Shown piece after piece: positions 60,901-64,000 of a stretch of 64,000 bases of DNA. Made by a program: the position numbers and the translations under genes. The notes under the pieces are model-generated. The model made no database searches and had not been told where the DNA came from. It saw nothing but the letters and a program-made list of their open reading frames with translations. This DNA comes from Macrostomum lignano (taxonomy: Eukaryota). The stretch lies in contig NIVC01000934.1 of NCBI GenBank assembly GCA_002269645.1, positions 210,166 to 274,165 on the forward strand. The letters are read 5' to 3'. Numbering within the stretch: position 1 is the first letter of the stretch; each line of letters opens with the position of its first letter.

Positions 60901-63900
60901 AGTTGCTTAATTGAGTGATTTTTGGGTGATTCTCCGGGTTCTCACAGGACTAAGAGACCTGGCATTGCATGGAAAATCCAAGCAAATCTCTAAGCAACTC
61001 ACCTGGAAGTTTACCTTCACCGGCTGCAGGATGAACCGCAGGCTCAGCACGCCCTCCAGGTCTGTCATGGACACCAGCGATTTCAGGATGGCCCGCATCC
61101 GCAGCGAGTCGCTCCTGGTGGTGTTCGGGTCCGGAGCGCAGCGGCCCAGGAGGTCCACCAGCACGGCATAGAACGTGAGCACCGCGCCGCCCATGTCGAT
61201 GTAGTCTTCGTCATCGTCAGCGGGCAGTCTTGACAGGTCGTAGTCCGTCTCCGGGGTGGCCATCTTGCCCAGGATCTTCTCCTCGGATTCGGCGATCACC
61301 TTCGCCAGGATGTCGTCCTCGGCGCGGTACAGCGCGATGTGAATCGACATGGCGATGCCGTCTTGGATGGCCTTCAGCAGGCCGCCGCCGCTGCCGCCGC
61401 CGCTGCTGCCGCCGCGCAGGGCGGGTCCGAGGCACTCGGGCCGGCGGATCAGCAGCCGCACCACCAGGCTGGCGTTCTCCTCCACCGTCTCGCCGTTCAC
61501 CCAGACGGTGAAGCGCAGGAAGTCGAGGAACCGCTCGCCCTCGACGGGGTCCCAGCCGACGTCCGGGTAGCCGAAGGCCAGCAGCTCCGTGTTGGACTGG
61601 ACTCCGCAGCGGGACAGGTAGCTGGCGATCCGCTCCAGCTGGGCCTCCTTGAGCGCCAGCGCGAGCTCGTTGTTGTCCATGAAGGACGAGTAGGCCACGT
61701 CAAGCGGGCAGCTGCCGCGCAGGCTGGCCTTGGTGAGCAGCATGCTGCCGTTCTCCACCATGAAGCTGAGGTGCTCAAACACGGCCCGCTGGTTCTGCAC
61801 CCCGTGCGGCAGAAGTAGCACAGGAAGCGGCAGCACATGACGATCATGTTCTCTGAGGAGCCGCCTTCCTCCGGCGCGGCACCGGCCGGCGTCACCTCCA
61901 TGGCGAGCTTCGACTTGTTCAGCGTGTGCACCATGAGCTGCATCACCGTCTCGTGCACGCTGAGGCACCTGATGAGGTCCGGATGCTGGAAGAACACTGT
62001 GTTGTTCATGATGTCCCACAGGCTGGCCTTGAGCATCTCCTCCTCGGCCGGGGACACCTGCACTCCGATGAGGCAGCGCACCTTGCCCAGCGCCTGCAGC
62101 AGCTTGCTGACGTCCGCCTTCGAGCTCGAGTTGATGACGTAGGCGCGGTTCAGGGCGTCCACGATCTCGCCGAGGGCGTTGTACTGCCGGTGCAGCAGGC
62201 TGAACATCTCCCGCAGAAGCCGGAGGTTCTCGATGGTCTCCGAGTTCGCCCACTTGATGATGGTCTGGCAGATCAGCTCCTGCAGGTTCTGCGGCCCGGC
62301 CGGCGTGTCGGCGAGGCTGGAGAGGTCCTGCGCCTGGCGGCGGCCCATCTTGATGAGCAGCTGGTTGAGCATCCCGCCGCCGCCGCTGTCGCCTGATTGC
62401 GCCGCGTCACCTCCGGCCGCCTCATCGACTTTCCCGGCCCCGGCTTCGGCGGCCGCCTCCTCCTCCTCGGGCTCGACTCCGCAGCAGGACAGCAGGGTGG
62501 AGTGGTAGTGCTGCAGGAACTCCTTCAGGCTGGCCCGGCTGGTGCAGTGCAGGAAGGTGCCGTACTCGGCCCGGTTGTAGTGCACCAGCGACCGCATCTG
62601 CTCCTCCGGCGGGCAGCGGAACTCGCGGGTTCGTCTGGCGGCCACGGCTGATGGCAGGCTTGAGTTCTTGATGTCCAGGTACTCTTGAGCTGGTGCTGCA
62701 GGCGGGCGAAGGCAGTGATGGGGATTTTATTCCCAATCTGGGAGGTTCAGGATAGCTAGAGGATCAAAATCCCCAACCTGGGAAGTTTAAAAAAGGAGAG
62801 GATCAAAATCCCCAATCTGGTGAATTCGAGAAAGCTAAGGGATTAAAATTACAGTGACCAGTAGAGAGTGACCAGTTGAGAGTGACCAGTTGAGAGTGAC
62901 TATTTGAGAGAGACCAGTTGAGAGTGAACAGTAGAGAGTGACCAGTTGAGAGTGACCAGTTGAGAGTGACCAGTTGAGAGTGACCAGTTGAGAGTGACCA
63001 GTTGAGAGTGACTATTTGAGAGAGACCAGTTGAGAGTGAACAGTAGAGAGTGACCAGTTGAGAGTGACTATTTGAGAGTGACCAGTTGAGAGTGACTATT
63101 TGAGAGACCAGTTGAGAGTGAACAGTAGAGAGTGACCAGTTGAGAGTGACTATTTGAGAGTGACCAGTTGAGAGTGACTATTTGAGAGTGACCAGTTGAG
63201 AGTGCCAAGTGGAGAGCGATCAGTTGAGAGTGACCGGAATTCGGGAAAGCTAATGGATCAAAATTAGAGTGACCAGTTGAGAGTGACCCGTTGAGAGTGA
63301 CCGGAATTCGGGAAAGCTAGGAGATCAAAATCCCAATCAGGAGGAATTCGGGAAAGCTAGGAGATCAAAGCTCAAATCAAGGGGATTTTAAGACACCTGG
63401 GATCAATCTAGGGAAAACTTTCTTATCTGGGATATCTGTGACTTGAAATCCCACTGAATAGACAGCTAGAATCGGTTGAATTTAATTCCTCATCAATTCC
63501 GCATCCCAATCAGACAGAAAATCCCAACTCACAGACTGCGCCTCGGTCACGAAGTACTTGGCGGCCGCGATCAGCGTCTCCAGGCGGTGCTGCAGCTGCG
63601 TGTCGCACAGCAGGTGGAACAGCTTGCACAGCTGCGTCTTCGTGCTGTCACTCAGCGAGAAATCCAGCACCGCCTCGTCGCCGTGTCTGTCGGCCTGCAG
63701 CTCCGGCGGAAAGGTCCTGGGGTGCACCGCCGACAGGATCCGGAAGATCTCCTCCACTGACAGGCAGCCCATGGCCAGGAGGTTGTTGATCACCTTCAGC
63801 AGCGGCCTGCGGGTTCAGGTCGGTCTCAGCTGGTCACTCTCACTTGTCACTCTAAACTCAACTGGTCACTCTCAACTGGTCACGCTCCCCGGTCACTCAC

Positions 63901-64000
63901 ACAAACTGGTACTCGTAACTGCCGCCCACGGGGTCCCTGAGGTGGCCGCCCAGCGCAGCGGCATTGATGAAGAGCTGGATGCAGTCGTCCTTGAGGCCCT
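42574..64000 (-). CDS. RyR: Ryanodine receptor, 3' portion (5' end lies beyond the window)
   Basis: Exons: >64000-63901, 63806-63533, 62695-61003, 60110-59235, 58514-57383, 56661-56553, 56159-55367, 55126-54910, 54156-54092, [53938-53891?], 53361-53302, 52846-52217, 51967-51515, 49630-49244, 49139-49074, 48303-48224, 47856-47385, 46299-45330, 44855-44158, 43401-43235, 42724-42574. Motifs: [10 protein letters not shown] pore, KRAVMACFR CaM-binding site, EF-hands, CFICGI..HNFANY Zn site, [16 protein letters not shown]. Two 1-nt frameshifts (~62682, ~61800). Confidence 0.96.
42780..43100. repeat. 20-bp minisatellite (gtggcacctggtagactggg) in the last RyR intron
   Basis: Directly visible. Confidence 0.9.
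43480..44080. repeat. ~30-bp minisatellite (gggataatccccccctaacaccggctgattg) in an RyR intron
   Basis: Directly visible. Confidence 0.9.
44900..45310. repeat. 12-bp minisatellite (ctctcccctgcc) in an RyR intron
   Basis: Directly visible. Confidence 0.95.
46320..47125. repeat. 26-bp minisatellite (gagtgagtctcatagtgagagtctcg) in an RyR intron
   Basis: Directly visible. Confidence 0.95.
47230..47400. repeat. 45-bp repeat x4 containing the RyR exon donor site
   Basis: ccccatcagctcacctgccgg at 47236, 47281, 47326 and 47371. Confidence 0.9.
48320..49060. repeat. (GATT)n/(GGTT)n microsatellite in an RyR intron
   Basis: Directly visible. Confidence 0.95.
49645..51478. repeat. ~27-bp minisatellite (gatagggtagatagggtggatagagta), 1.8 kb, in an RyR intron
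   Basis: Directly visible. Confidence 0.95.
51975..52195. repeat. 22-bp minisatellite (agaatgattcagcaagagatcg) in an RyR intron
   Basis: Directly visible. Confidence 0.9.
52860..53250. repeat. 47-bp minisatellite in an RyR intron
   Basis: gaaggatctcattggttgcgg.. recurs at 53050 and 53097. Confidence 0.9.
54200..54880. repeat. ~61-bp minisatellite in an RyR intron
   Basis: catttctatccctcacagcgatcgctgattggctgagctcaaag.. ~11 copies. Confidence 0.95.
55140..55320 (+). mobile_element. Headless copy of the SINE-like body in an RyR intron
   Basis: Reverse complement aligns by eye with 12230-12330. Confidence 0.55.
56250..56530. repeat. 20-bp minisatellite (gattggctacggaggtctct) in an RyR intron
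   Basis: Directly visible. Confidence 0.95.
58565..59220. repeat. ~20-bp minisatellite (tactcccatcccgcagattc and a cacactc variant) in an RyR intron
   Basis: Directly visible, with a gradient between two unit types. Confidence 0.95.
60140..60860. repeat. 23-bp minisatellite (gattcttggagtgatgagagggc) in an RyR intron
   Basis: Directly visible. Confidence 0.95.
62850..63300. repeat. 14-bp minisatellite (gagagtgaccagtt) in an RyR intron
   Basis: Directly visible; inverted copies at ~63830-63895. Confidence 0.95.

Overview
Eukaryotic (animal) genomic DNA with GT-AG introns, very GC-rich exons and minisatellite-filled introns. The style suggests a free-living flatworm such as Macrostomum; this is inference and unverified. 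Left to right: (1) an intronless class-A-like GPCR (minus) with one frameshift; (2) a tandem array of four paralogous genes (minus) for an unrecognised ~5-TM, Cys-loop membrane protein, with an ankyrin-repeat/STE-type kinase gene (plus) between copies 2 and 3; (3) AT-rich, strongly CpG-depleted tracts flanking a DNAJC14/Jiv-like gene whose J-domain lacks HPD; (4) a hAT-type MITE; (5) NDK and beta-tubulin (plus); (6) the 3' ~21 kb of a ryanodine receptor gene (minus), most of whose introns carry their own minisatellite. The best candidate for an undescribed system is the 5-TM array plus ankyrin-kinase: the paralogs show mosaicism, a compensated frameshift, a coding minisatellite and loss of a Cys loop. 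Four single-base frameshifts in otherwise intact genes are most likely long-read assembly errors. Exon boundaries were read by eye and checked for frame. No database searches were run.
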